The translations under genes were made by a program, and so were the position numbers. A stretch of 64,000 bases of DNA. Source: Alphaproteobacteria bacterium. Lineage in GTDB: Bacteria; Pseudomonadota; Alphaproteobacteria; JACZXZ01. Below, one piece after another: positions 10,246 to 19,497 of this stretch. The notes under the pieces are model-generated. The model was not told the origin of the DNA. It saw only the letters and a program-made list of their open reading frames with translations, and did not search any database. The stretch lies in contig DATJLQ010000096.1 of NCBI GenBank assembly GCA_035509415.1, positions 24,919 through 88,918 on the forward strand, given 5' to 3'. The stretch's first letter is position 1, and the number at the start of each line of letters is the position of its first letter.

Positions 10246-11154
10246 CTACGCCTCGCCGCCGAAGAAGACTTCCTTGAGACCGATCCGGCGCCCCACCACG
10301 AGCAAGACGACGGCAATGATCGCCGTGAACGCGACGGCGAGGCATGCGCCATAGGACCAGTTGAACGTCGCCCCGAACTGGTCGGCGATCATCTCGCCGA
10401 ACATCAGCCCCGATGGCCCGCCGAGCAGCTTGGGCGTCACGTAGGAGCCCGCCGTGAGAATGAATACCAACATCCCGCCGCCGACCGTGCCCGAGGCGCT
10501 CAACGGAAAGATCACGCGCCAGAAGGTCTCGACCCGGCCGGCGCCCAGATCCGCCGAGGCCTCGAGCAGAGAGCGGTCGATGCGGTCGAGTGCCAGATAA
10601 ATCGGGATCACGGCGAACGGGAACCAGACATAGATCAGACCGAGGACGACCGAGAACTGGGTAAACAGGAAACGCTCCGACGGCGCGGACAGAATGCCGA
10701 GCCAGAGCAGGATGGAGTTCAGGACGCCGTTGGTGCCCAGGATCGGATACCAGGCGTAGGTGCGGATCAGGTAGCTGATCCAATAGGGCACCAGGATGAG
10801 CAGCAGGTAGAAATGGCGGTGGCGCGACTGGCGCGAGGCGACCCAGTACGCCATCGGGTAACCGAGCAAGAGAACGATCGCCGTCACCTCGATGCCGATC
10901 CAGATCGACTTGCCGAGGAGCGACGCGTCGGTGCTCGTGGTCAAGAGATGGCGGTAGTTCCCAAGCGTCGGCACCCAGACGATCCCGGCGAACGACGACT
11001 TGAAGAACGAGATGAACACGACGAGGAGGGCGGGGACGATCAGGCACGCGCATAGGAGGAGGCCCGCGGGCAGAGCGGAAAGGGACGGCCAACGCGTCGC
11101 CTGTCTCTCCTCCATTCGATCCGGCCTCGCCTCCTGGTTCGGCGCCGCGCGCAA
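10246..11154 (-). CDS. ABC transporter permease (PotB-like)
   Basis: Permease with EAA loop (LLEASADLGAGRVETFWRVIFP). Alternative start MEERQ at 11115. Confidence 0.85.
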   Translation of the reverse strand: MRAAPNQEARPDRMEERQATRWPSLSALPAGLLLCACLIVPALLVVFISFFKSSFAGIVWVPTLGNYRHLLTTSTDASLLGKSIWIGIEVTAIVLLLGYPMAYWVASRQSRHRHFYLLLILVPYWISYLIRTYAWYPILGTNGVLNSILLWLGILSAPSERFLFTQFSVVLGLIYVWFPFAVIPIYLALDRIDRSLLEASADLGAGRVETFWRVIFPLSASGTVGGGMLVFILTAGSYVTPKLLGGPSGLMFGEMIADQFGATFNWSYGACLAVAFTAIIAVVLLVVGRRIGLKEVFFGGEA

Positions 11155-11200
11155 GATTCTTGGTCGGTTTGGCGCGATTTTAAGCAGCCGCGGCGCTTGC

Positions 11201-11221
11201 GTGTTTCAAATGTTGAAACAC
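11201..11221. promoter_or_regulatory. perfect 9-3-9 inverted repeat GTGTTTCAA-ATG-TTGAAACAC followed by T-rich tract; candidate operator (or weak plus-strand hairpin)
   Basis: Read directly from the sequence. Lies in the AT-rich 290-bp gap between the IclR gene and the first ABC importer gene (the first gene of the importer operon on the minus strand). Confidence 0.35.
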
Positions 11222-11441
11222 CGTTTCTTTTTTAAAGTATCGATGATTTGCGCCCCGTCGTCAAGGTTCCCCGCCCCACGACGGCTTCGGTGCGATAGCG
11301 CGCGTCCGCGTCCGGCACTGGATTGCGCGCGTGGCCGAAATCGATCGATGCCGGCCGGGGGGTTCGGCGGCACGGCCGATGAAATTCGTCAATTTTTCCG
11401 ACGTGCCGGTTCCTCGCGCATGGAAAGCGCCGAGCTTCGGC

Positions 11442-12335
11442 TCAGCGTAGACCTGCGGGCGCGACAGTGCGCCCCTTGCGCGCGCCCGCTTTCGACCTCG
11501 AGGACGAGGGCACGCCACGCCGGCCGCTCGTCGCCCCCTCGCCGTCATGCCAACCCGCGAGCGCGCCGGCGGCTGCGCGGTTCGCGGGCGATGTGATGAA
11601 CCCGAGCTCGGCGGAGATTCGGGCCGCCGAAGCGATCACCAGCGGGCTCATGGCACGCAACGCCGATACCGGCAGCCGGTTCGACGGCCCGGACGCGCCG
11701 ACCGACGCCACCACGGTGCCGACGCGGTCGCGGATCGGCGCCGCCACGCCGGAAATGCCGATGCGCCATTCGCCGACGTTGATCGCATAGCCCTGCTGCC
11801 GAACCGTTTCCAATTCGCGGAGGAGCCGCGCGGGCGCGGTGATCGTGCGCGGCGTGAACGCCTTGAGGTTGCGCCCGACGGAATCGATGAAGGCGGGCGC
11901 CTGGAAGGCGAGAACGCATTTCCCGGTCGAGCCGCAATAAAGGGGGACGCGGCCGCCGATCGGCGTGAAAATCCGCAGCGGGTGGGCACCGTCGGCTTTG
12001 TCGATGTATACGACGTCCTGGCCGTCGGGAATGGCGAGATGCACGGTCTCGCCGGTCTGCCCGGCCAGCTCGCGCAAGATGCCGGTCGCGATCCGGCTCA
12101 CGTCGCGCTGGGCAAGGATATGGGTGCCGATCTCCCACAGCTTCATGGTGAGCTCGTAGGTGCCGGCGCGGTCGCCCTGTTTGACGTAGCCGAGGCGCGC
12201 GAGCCCGTTCAGCAGGCGGTGAACGGTCGTCTTGTTGAGGCCGAGCGCCCGGGCCAACTCGCTGACCCCGTGCGGCGGCGGCTCCCTCGCGAGCGTCTCG
12301 ATCAATCTGATGGCCTTCGCGATGGTCTTCGACAA
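11442..12335 (-). CDS. IclR-family transcriptional regulator
   Basis: wHTH VSELARALGLNKTTVHRLLNGLARLGYV plus IclR effector domain. TTG start at 12335 is proposed, preceded by an AAAGGA Shine-Dalgarno, giving MSKTIAKAIRLIE.... The ATG at 12437 would overlap the upstream molybdoenzyme CDS by 65 nt. Confidence 0.75.
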   Translation of the reverse strand: MSKTIAKAIRLIETLAREPPPHGVSELARALGLNKTTVHRLLNGLARLGYVKQGDRAGTYELTMKLWEIGTHILAQRDVSRIATGILRELAGQTGETVHLAIPDGQDVVYIDKADGAHPLRIFTPIGGRVPLYCGSTGKCVLAFQAPAFIDSVGRNLKAFTPRTITAPARLLRELETVRQQGYAINVGEWRIGISGVAAPIRDRVGTVVASVGASGPSNRLPVSALRAMSPLVIASAARISAELGFITSPANRAAAGALAGWHDGEGATSGRRGVPSSSRSKAGARKGRTVAPAGLR

Positions 12336-12372
12336 TCGACCGGTCCTTTTGCCGCAGGGTGAGCGCGCCGCC

Positions 12373-14694
12373 CTAGGGGCGTCGGGGGCGTTGGACGATT
12401 TGGGGCGCCCTGTGCGCGTTGACCGCGGGAAGCGCACCCCGGTAGCGCTCGATCTCGACGAGACAACTCTCGGCGATCGTTGCCTGCGAGAGTTTCGATG
12501 CCCCTTTGTCGAGTGTCAAGACGTTGGGGTTTCCATGACACTCGAGCGTGCCGGGCACGCCCGGTTCCAAGGGATCGTACCAGGCGCCGGTCGAGAGCAT
12601 CGCGACCCCAGGGCGGATCTTGTCGGTCACGCGCGCACCCGCAAGACAGGCGCCGCGCGCGTTGAAGACGCGCACCACGTCGTTCTCCCGGATTCCGCGC
12701 GGCACCGCATCGGCAGCGCTGATCCAGATCGGCTCGCGGCCCTTGATCTTGCTCCGTTGGCTGACCCGGCCGCCGTCGAGCTGGCTATGGAGCCGGGTTT
12801 TCGGTTGGTTCGAGATCAAATGGAGCGGGTAGCGCTCGGCGAGCGCGCTGCCAAGCCATTCGACCGGCTCCATCCACACGGGGTGGCCCGGGCAGTCGTC
12901 GTAGTCGAAGCCGGCGATCCGCTCGGAAAAAATCTCGATTTTGCCCGACGGAGTCGCGAGCGGGTTCGCGTCCGGGTCGGCACGGAATGCGCCGAGCATG
13001 TCGAAAGGCGCTTCCGGCACCTCGATCTCGACATGCCCCGCAGCCCAGAACACTTCGAAGTCAGGAAGCTCGACCCCGCTCTCCGCCGCACCCTGCCGGG
13101 CGCGGTCGTAAAGATACCTGAGCCATTCCATCTCCGTGCGCCCTTCGGTGAAGGCGTCACGCACGCCGAGACGGCCGGCAAGCTCGGCTAGGATGTCGAA
13201 ATCGCTGCGCGACTCGCCCACCGGCTCGATCGCCTTTTGCATCGCGAGGACGAACCGATCGCGCGAGCAGGCGCCGATATCGTTGCGCTCAAGCGTCGTG
13301 GTCGCCGGGAGCACGATGTCGGCGTGACGCGCCGTCGCGGTCCACCAGGCTTCGTGCACGACGATCGTCTCCGGCCGGCGCCACGCCTCGATCAGCCGGT
13401 TGAGGTCCTGGTGATGGTGGAACGGGTTGCCGCCCGCCCAATAGACCATCCGGATATCCGGATAACGGCGCTTTTCGCCGTTGAAGTCGTACGGCTCGTT
13501 CGGATGCAGGAGCATATCCGTGAGGCGCGAGACGGGAATGTAGCTCCCGGTCTTGTTCGGCCCCGGCCGCAGGTTGGGGACCGGAAGGACGCGCCGAGGA
13601 TAGCCCATCGCCGCGGTCGAGCCGTAGCCGAAGCCGAAACCGCCGCCCGGCAGGCCGATCTGGCCCAGCATCGCCGCGAGCACGATCGTCATCCAATACG
13701 GCTGCTCGCCGTGATCGCAGCGCTGCACCGACCAGCTCGGCGCGACCATGGTTCGGCTCCGCGCCATGCGCCGCGCAAGATCGATGATCACGCCCGGCTC
13801 GAGCGCGGCGATCCGCCCGGCCCAATGGGCGTCCTTCGGAACTCCATCGGTCTCGCCCATGAGATAGGCGCGAAAGCGCTCGAACCCGACCGTATAGCGA
13901 TCGAGAAACGCGCGGTCGTGGAGATTCTCGCGCACCAAGCTGTGCGCCAGGCCGAGCATGATGGCCGCGTCGGTGTTCGGCCGCGCCGCGTGCCATTCCC
14001 CGTCCATGAACGCCGGCAGATCCTCGCGGATCGGGCTGATCACGACGGTCTTCAATCCGCGCTCGGTCAGCCGGCGTAGCCACCGCTCCGTCGCGTGGTC
14101 TCCGAGCCCGCCCGATTCGATCTGGACGTTCTTGAGCGGCACGCCGCCGAAAGAGACCAGAAGCTCGGTGTTGTCCGCCATGCTGTCATAGGTCGTGAGC
14201 GGTCCGTCGACCGAATCCAGATTGCCGATCACGTGCAGGAGGATCGTCATGCCCGCGCCGTAGCTGTAGTTCAGGATTTGTCGCGTGCAGCCGCCGAACG
14301 CGTCGAGGCACCGTTGCAGCTGGGTCCGCGCATGGTGGAACCGGCCCGCGCTCGCCCAACCGTACGAGCCGCCGAAAATGGACGCAGTGCCATGGTCGCG
14401 CTTGACGCGGACGAGCTCGGCCGCGACGAGATCGAGCGCCTCGTTCCAAGAGACAGGGACGAACGGGTCGACGCCCCGCTTGGCGCGATCGCTGTTCTTC
14501 CCGGCCTCGAGCCAGCCGGCGCGCACCATCGGCCGGGCAACGCGGTCGTCGGCATAGGCGACGTCGGCCATCGACTCGATGAGCGGCGACGGGGACGTGT
14601 CCTTCCGGAACGGCCGGATGCGCGCGATCCGGCCGCCCTCGACCTCGACTTCGTAAGCGCCCCAATGGGACGCGGTATGGACGGTCCGGGACAT
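12373..14694 (-). CDS. molybdopterin (bis-MGD) oxidoreductase, biotin-sulfoxide/TMAO/DMSO reductase (BisC/TorA) family, no Tat signal
   Basis: 773 aa; N-terminus MSRTVHTASHWGAYEVEVEGGRIARIRPF is typical of the cytoplasmic BisC type. Molybdopterin-binding domains throughout. Confidence 0.85.
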   Translation of the reverse strand: MSRTVHTASHWGAYEVEVEGGRIARIRPFRKDTSPSPLIESMADVAYADDRVARPMVRAGWLEAGKNSDRAKRGVDPFVPVSWNEALDLVAAELVRVKRDHGTASIFGGSYGWASAGRFHHARTQLQRCLDAFGGCTRQILNYSYGAGMTILLHVIGNLDSVDGPLTTYDSMADNTELLVSFGGVPLKNVQIESGGLGDHATERWLRRLTERGLKTVVISPIREDLPAFMDGEWHAARPNTDAAIMLGLAHSLVRENLHDRAFLDRYTVGFERFRAYLMGETDGVPKDAHWAGRIAALEPGVIIDLARRMARSRTMVAPSWSVQRCDHGEQPYWMTIVLAAMLGQIGLPGGGFGFGYGSTAAMGYPRRVLPVPNLRPGPNKTGSYIPVSRLTDMLLHPNEPYDFNGEKRRYPDIRMVYWAGGNPFHHHQDLNRLIEAWRRPETIVVHEAWWTATARHADIVLPATTTLERNDIGACSRDRFVLAMQKAIEPVGESRSDFDILAELAGRLGVRDAFTEGRTEMEWLRYLYDRARQGAAESGVELPDFEVFWAAGHVEIEVPEAPFDMLGAFRADPDANPLATPSGKIEIFSERIAGFDYDDCPGHPVWMEPVEWLGSALAERYPLHLISNQPKTRLHSQLDGGRVSQRSKIKGREPIWISAADAVPRGIRENDVVRVFNARGACLAGARVTDKIRPGVAMLSTGAWYDPLEPGVPGTLECHGNPNVLTLDKGASKLSQATIAESCLVEIERYRGALPAVNAHRAPQIVQRPRRP

Positions 14695-14805
14695 GGCTCC
14701 TCTCGGCGCGCCGTTCGAGTTCGGCGTTCAGAATGAGAAACGCCGTTTCGAAAATTTAGCAGCGCAGGGCGCGCGGTCAAGCGCCTTCGGAACCGGCGCT
14801 CCGGC

Positions 14806-16092
14806 TCAGCCCGCGAAATGGCGCGGCAGCCAGAGGGAGAGCGCCGGAATGTAGGTCACGAAGATGAGGGTCACGATGCCGAGGGCGATGAAGGGCGCCA
14901 GGGCCCTCACCTGACGCTCGAACGGGATGCCGGCCATGCGCGAGGCGACAAGCGCCGAGGCCCCCACCGGGGGCAGCAGCACGCCGATCTGGAGATTGAC
15001 GATCATCACGATGCCGAAATGGATCAGGTCGATGTTGAGGCTCTTGATCAGCGGCAGCAGGATCGAGCAGCCGAGCAGGATGGACGCGGCCGGCTCCAGG
15101 AACATTCCGAACGCCAGCAGCAGCAGGTTGATCATGAGCAGCGTCTCGTCGCGGCCGAAACCGTGCATGGACGATACAATCAGCTGAGGCAGCTGGCTGC
15201 GCGCGAGCACCCAGCTGAGAAGGCTGGAGCCGCCTATCAGGATCATCACCACGCCGGTATCGATCGCGGTACGGTGGAAGGCGCGTGCAAGCGCGCGCCA
15301 CGGCATGCGCCCGAGAATCAGGCCGCGTACCATCGCGTAGATCAGCGCGTAGAGCGCCGCGGCGCCGGCCGACTCGGTGAGCGTGAAGACGCCCCACACG
15401 ACGCCCGCGACGATGAGCGCCGGGATCACGAGGGCGGGCAACGCCCCGACGAGTGCCGCGGCCGCGCGCCCGAGACTGAAGGTCTCGCTGATCGAGCCGT
15501 AGCTGTGGCGCTTGGACAGCCAGAACGCCACCCCGCCGCACACGATCGAGAGGATCAATCCCGGCACGATGCCGGCGACGAAGAGCTGGGCCACCGACTG
15601 CTCCGCCGCGAAGCCGTAAAGGATCATGAGGATGCTCGGCGGAATGATCGGCCCGACGATGTTCGCGGCCGCCGTGACCGCGCCCGCGAAGGCGGGCGGA
15701 TAACCCTCCTCTATCATCGCCGGGATCATGATCGAGCCGACCGCGGCCGTGTCCGCGAGGCACGAGCCCGAGATGCCGGCGAAGAGTGTCGAGGCGGCGA
15801 CGTTGCCGATGGCGAGCGAGCCGCGCACATGGCCGATGAGCGAGGTCGCGAAGCGCACCAGCGCGCTGGTGACACCGCCCACCGTCATCAGATTCGCCAT
15901 CAACAGGAATAGCGGGATCGCCACCAGCGGAAACGAGTTGATGCCCTGGAAGAATTGCAGCGCCACGATCGACCAGCTCGGCACGCCGAGGAGCAGCAGG
16001 CCCAGCAGCGACGCGAGACCGATGCCGACGAACAGCGGCACCCCCAGCAGCAACAGGGCGACGAAGGTCGCGAGGGTGGCGACGCCGATCAC
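14806..16092 (-). CDS. dctM: TRAP transporter large permease subunit
   Basis: About 429-aa polytopic DctM-type protein. GTG start at 16092 overlaps the dctQ stop (GTGA). The upstream 137 aa of the track ORF are arginine-rich noise. Confidence 0.85.
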   Translation of the reverse strand: MIGVATLATFVALLLLGVPLFVGIGLASLLGLLLLGVPSWSIVALQFFQGINSFPLVAIPLFLLMANLMTVGGVTSALVRFATSLIGHVRGSLAIGNVAASTLFAGISGSCLADTAAVGSIMIPAMIEEGYPPAFAGAVTAAANIVGPIIPPSILMILYGFAAEQSVAQLFVAGIVPGLILSIVCGGVAFWLSKRHSYGSISETFSLGRAAAALVGALPALVIPALIVAGVVWGVFTLTESAGAAALYALIYAMVRGLILGRMPWRALARAFHRTAIDTGVVMILIGGSSLLSWVLARSQLPQLIVSSMHGFGRDETLLMINLLLLAFGMFLEPAASILLGCSILLPLIKSLNIDLIHFGIVMIVNLQIGVLLPPVGASALVASRMAGIPFERQVRALAPFIALGIVTLIFVTYIPALSLWLPRHFAG

Positions 16093-16568
16093 GCTTCCTC
16101 GCCCCCGAACCAGATGGCGGCGATCTGCTCGAGGGAGAAGAGCACCATGAGCGCGCCGGCGATGACCGAGACCGAGTAGAACTGCGCCCAGCTCACGTCG
16201 ATCGGCAATCCTTCCACCTGGGTCGTGCGCGTGACCGCCATCAGCGTGAAGCCCGCATAGCCGAGCATGAGCGCGAACAGCAGCGACGCGAGGTGACAGA
16301 AGGTCATCACGCACTTCCTGGCCGTGCCGCGCAGCATCGTCCAGAAGAAGCGCACCTCCAGATTCTCGTCGCGGCGCACCGCCGCCGTCGCGGCGAGGAA
16401 AGTGAGCCAGGCGAGGGCGCAGGAGGCGACGGTGTCGGACCAAGTGGTCGCGTCGTCGAACACGTAGCGCATGACGACTTGAACCGACACCGAGACGAGG
16501 CATACCGCCACCAGCGCCGCGCTCACCGCGTCGAGCGTCCGCTCGATGCCCTTGAAGAGCCGGCGCAT
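16089..16568 (-). CDS. dctQ: TRAP transporter small permease subunit
   Basis: 159 aa, four-TM DctQ-like protein (MRRLFKGIERTLDAV...). The long track ORF 16089..18065 is an antisense read-through. Confidence 0.8.
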   Translation of the reverse strand: MRRLFKGIERTLDAVSAALVAVCLVSVSVQVVMRYVFDDATTWSDTVASCALAWLTFLAATAAVRRDENLEVRFFWTMLRGTARKCVMTFCHLASLLFALMLGYAGFTLMAVTRTTQVEGLPIDVSWAQFYSVSVIAGALMVLFSLEQIAAIWFGGEEA

Positions 16569-16594
16569 CCTCGCCTGCCGCACCCCGCGCACGT

Positions 16595-17572
16595 CTACCG
16601 GCCGCTGAGGATTTGCGCCCACTTCCAGACGTCGGGCAGCTCCGTCCTGAGCGGCTCCTCCATGGCGCGCATCTGCTCGACCGAGACGGCGGGCTCGACG
16701 AACTTGACGCCCTTGGCCTTGAACGCGGCGATCAGCTTTGCCTCGTCGGCCTTGGTCGTATCGCCGTAGTATTTCGACGCCTCCTCGGCCGCGCGGATGA
16801 AAGCCGCCTTGCTCTTGGGCTTGAGACTGTCGACGAAGGGGCCGTAGGTCAGGAACATCTTGGGCGACAGCACATGCCCGGTCATCACCACGGTCTTCGC
16901 CACGTCCTCGATCGAGAGCGCTGCCATGTCGGTGATCGCGCCTTCGATGCCCTCGACCACGTTCTGCTGCATGGCCGAGAAGGTTTCCGCGATGTTCATC
17001 GGCACCGGACTCAGGCCGAGCAGCTTCAGCTGATCGACGTAGATCGCGGTGCCAGGCACGCGAATCTTCATGCCCTTGAGGTCGGCGAGAGATTTCGCGT
17101 CGCGCGTCGTGTAGATCCAGCGCGGCACGTTCCAGGACGGCGCGAGCATCAGGTACCCGCTGCGCTTTTCGACCTCGGCGACGAGGGCCTTGCCGCCCGG
17201 TCCCCGCCACGCCTTGAGCATCTCGTCCGCGTTCTTGAACAGGAACGGCCACGAATTCGCCGTCACGATCGGGACCTGCTGGCCGAGCGCATCGGGTTGG
17301 ATGAACATGACGTTGACCAGGCCGACCTTCATCTGGGTCGCCATGGTGGCGAAGGTGCCGAGCTGGCTGTTGAAGTAGAGCTGCACCTGGAGCTCGCCGT
17401 CGCTGTACGTCTCGGCGCGCTTCTTGAAGAGCTCGAGCGTGCGTCCTACCACGCTCGTGGCGCTGCTCGTATCGCCGACGATCACCTTCGTGGCCGCGTG
17501 CGAAGCGCTGGCGAGCGCCATACTCGCCGCGAGGCTGAGCGCGAACAGTATCCGATTGACGGTCATGGGCAT
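16595..17572 (-). CDS. dctP: TRAP transporter periplasmic solute-binding protein
   Basis: Signal peptide MPMTVNRILFALSLAASMALASASHA plus DctP fold. Confidence 0.85.
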   Translation of the reverse strand: MPMTVNRILFALSLAASMALASASHAATKVIVGDTSSATSVVGRTLELFKKRAETYSDGELQVQLYFNSQLGTFATMATQMKVGLVNVMFIQPDALGQQVPIVTANSWPFLFKNADEMLKAWRGPGGKALVAEVEKRSGYLMLAPSWNVPRWIYTTRDAKSLADLKGMKIRVPGTAIYVDQLKLLGLSPVPMNIAETFSAMQQNVVEGIEGAITDMAALSIEDVAKTVVMTGHVLSPKMFLTYGPFVDSLKPKSKAAFIRAAEEASKYYGDTTKADEAKLIAAFKAKGVKFVEPAVSVEQMRAMEEPLRTELPDVWKWAQILSGR

Positions 17573-17653
17573 CCTCCCAATTTTGTTGTGATGCGCCGGC
17601 CGATGCCGTGCGCGTCGTGAAGATGGTCGGCGTTCTATGCCGGGCGATCGCCG

Positions 17654-18193
17654 CTAGGCGGCCGCGATGCGGCCCTCGGCGCGCAGCTTGGCGATGCGCT
17701 GCGCCACCATCGGCCTCCAGCCGCCGAGCGCAATGGTCTCGAGCAGGGTCGCGGGCAGCGGCTCGTAGCGGTGCTTGGTGCCGCGCGTGAGGTTCTCGAA
17801 CGAGCCGGTCGCGAAATCGACCCGGAGCTCGTCGCCGGTCTCGCATTCCTTCGTGACGCCGTCGCAATGGGGCAGGATCGGCAGGCCCGCGTTGACCGCG
17901 TTGCGATACGAGCCGCGCGGGATCGATTCCACGACCGCGCCGAGGCTGAGTGCCGCGATCCCGAGCAGGCCCTGGATGTGCGGGTTGCCCTGGGCGAAGC
18001 GCCGGCCGGCGACGACGATGTCGCGGGGCGAAACCTTCTTCGGGAAATCCGGGTCGATCCCGCACATGCAGAACTCGCGCAAGATCTCGGGCCGCGTCTC
18101 GCGCTGGAGCGCGAATTCCTTCTTGGTGAGATCGGCATCGACCGCGAGGTTGTCGCCGAATTTCCAGCAGCGTCCGTGATAAATCCAGTCCAT
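17654..18193 (-). CDS. aconitase-family hydro-lyase small subunit (LeuD-like)
   Basis: 179 aa, GDNLAVD...GRRFAQG swivel-domain motifs. ATG at 18193 sits 9 nt after the large-subunit stop. Confidence 0.8.
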   Translation of the reverse strand: MDWIYHGRCWKFGDNLAVDADLTKKEFALQRETRPEILREFCMCGIDPDFPKKVSPRDIVVAGRRFAQGNPHIQGLLGIAALSLGAVVESIPRGSYRNAVNAGLPILPHCDGVTKECETGDELRVDFATGSFENLTRGTKHRYEPLPATLLETIALGGWRPMVAQRIAKLRAEGRIAAA

Positions 18194-18201
18194 GGCTTCC
18201 C

Positions 18202-19464
18202 TCAGAGATATTTGCGTGGATCGCTGATCTCGCCCGCGACGGCGGAGGCGGCGACCGTGAAGGGCGAGGCGAGATAGACGTCCGCCTTGGTGGTGCCGAG
18301 GCGGCCCGGATCGTTGCGCGTGCCCGTGTTGATCGAGACTTCGCCGGGCGCGATGGGCGCGATGCGCCCGCCGGCGCACGGGCCGCAGCCGGGTGCGGTC
18401 ATCACGGCGCCGCTCTCGAGGAAGATGTTAAGCAGCCCCTCCTGCCCCGCGCGCTGGGCGATTTCCTGGGTCGCGGGCGTGATGAAGAGGCGCACCTCGG
18501 GATGGATCTTGCGCCCGCGCAGGATCCGCGCCGCGTCGCGCATATCCTCGATCGAGCCGTTGGCGCAGGAGCCGATGAAGGCATGGTTCACGCGCACGCC
18601 CGCGACGCTCGACACGCCGACCACGTTGTCGGGCCGCGGCGGCGCCGCGACCTGCGGCTCCATGAGGCCGAGATCGTAGTCGTAGACGGCCTTGAACGTG
18701 GCATCCGGATCGCTCTTCTCGGCCGCGATCGGCCCCTTGAGCCGCGGCGCCAGCCAGGCCTTCGTGACCTCGTCGACCTCGACCAGGGCCGACTTGGCGC
18801 CCATCTCGAGCGGGCTGTTGCAGAGCGTCATGCGGCCCGCGAAGTTCACGTCCTTGAGCGCGGGCCCGCCATACTCGACCACCGCGTAATCGAGATTGTC
18901 CTCGCCGATGTCGACGATCATGCGCTGGGACACGTCGCGGATGGCCATGCCCGGCTTGAGGGCGCCCGTAAGATTGACCCGCACCGTCTCCGGGACGCGG
19001 ATCCAGACCGAGCCGCAGGCGAGCACCTCGGGGATTTCGAACACCACCGCGATGCCGAGGGCGCCGACCGCGCCGTAATTGGTGACGTGGGTGTCGTAGG
19101 CGAGGACGAACATGCCGGGGCGGACGAAGCCCATCTCCATCGGGAAGACGTGGCCGTGGCCGCCGCGGCCGGCGTCGAAGAAGCGCTCGATGCCGTATTT
19201 CTTCACGATCTCGCGCACCGCCTTCTGGCGCTCCGCCGACTGGGGACTGAGCGCCACCGGTTCGTGGTCGGTCGAGATCAGCACGCGCTTGGGATCGTAG
19301 AGCGCGGTCACGCCGAGCTCCTTGAGCGCCTTGTCGAAATTGACCACGTACCAGTCGTGGACCGTCATCAGATCCGGCTCCGGATAGACGGTCTCGCCCG
19401 CCTTGACCGGGCGGCCCGCCGCCCGCGACAGGATCTTTTCCGTGAGTGTCTGTCCCATATCCAT
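18202..19464 (-). CDS. aconitase-family hydro-lyase large subunit (LeuC-like, archaeal-type approx 420 aa)
   Basis: Fe-S cluster cysteines (GSCANGS, ...PGCGPCAGG) and the aconitase catalytic domain. Confidence 0.85.
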   Translation of the reverse strand: MDMGQTLTEKILSRAAGRPVKAGETVYPEPDLMTVHDWYVVNFDKALKELGVTALYDPKRVLISTDHEPVALSPQSAERQKAVREIVKKYGIERFFDAGRGGHGHVFPMEMGFVRPGMFVLAYDTHVTNYGAVGALGIAVVFEIPEVLACGSVWIRVPETVRVNLTGALKPGMAIRDVSQRMIVDIGEDNLDYAVVEYGGPALKDVNFAGRMTLCNSPLEMGAKSALVEVDEVTKAWLAPRLKGPIAAEKSDPDATFKAVYDYDLGLMEPQVAAPPRPDNVVGVSSVAGVRVNHAFIGSCANGSIEDMRDAARILRGRKIHPEVRLFITPATQEIAQRAGQEGLLNIFLESGAVMTAPGCGPCAGGRIAPIAPGEVSINTGTRNDPGRLGTTKADVYLASPFTVAASAVAGEISDPRKYL

Positions 19465-19497
19465 TCCTCTCTTCGATCGGGCGCGCCGCCCGAATTC

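Noticed and set aside
14737-14749. Palindrome GAAACG-C-CGTTTC between dctM and the molybdoenzyme as a Rho-independent terminator
   Set aside because: On the transcribed (minus) strand it is not followed by a U-tract. More likely an RNA structure or operator, not a terminator, so operon continuity is kept as plausible.
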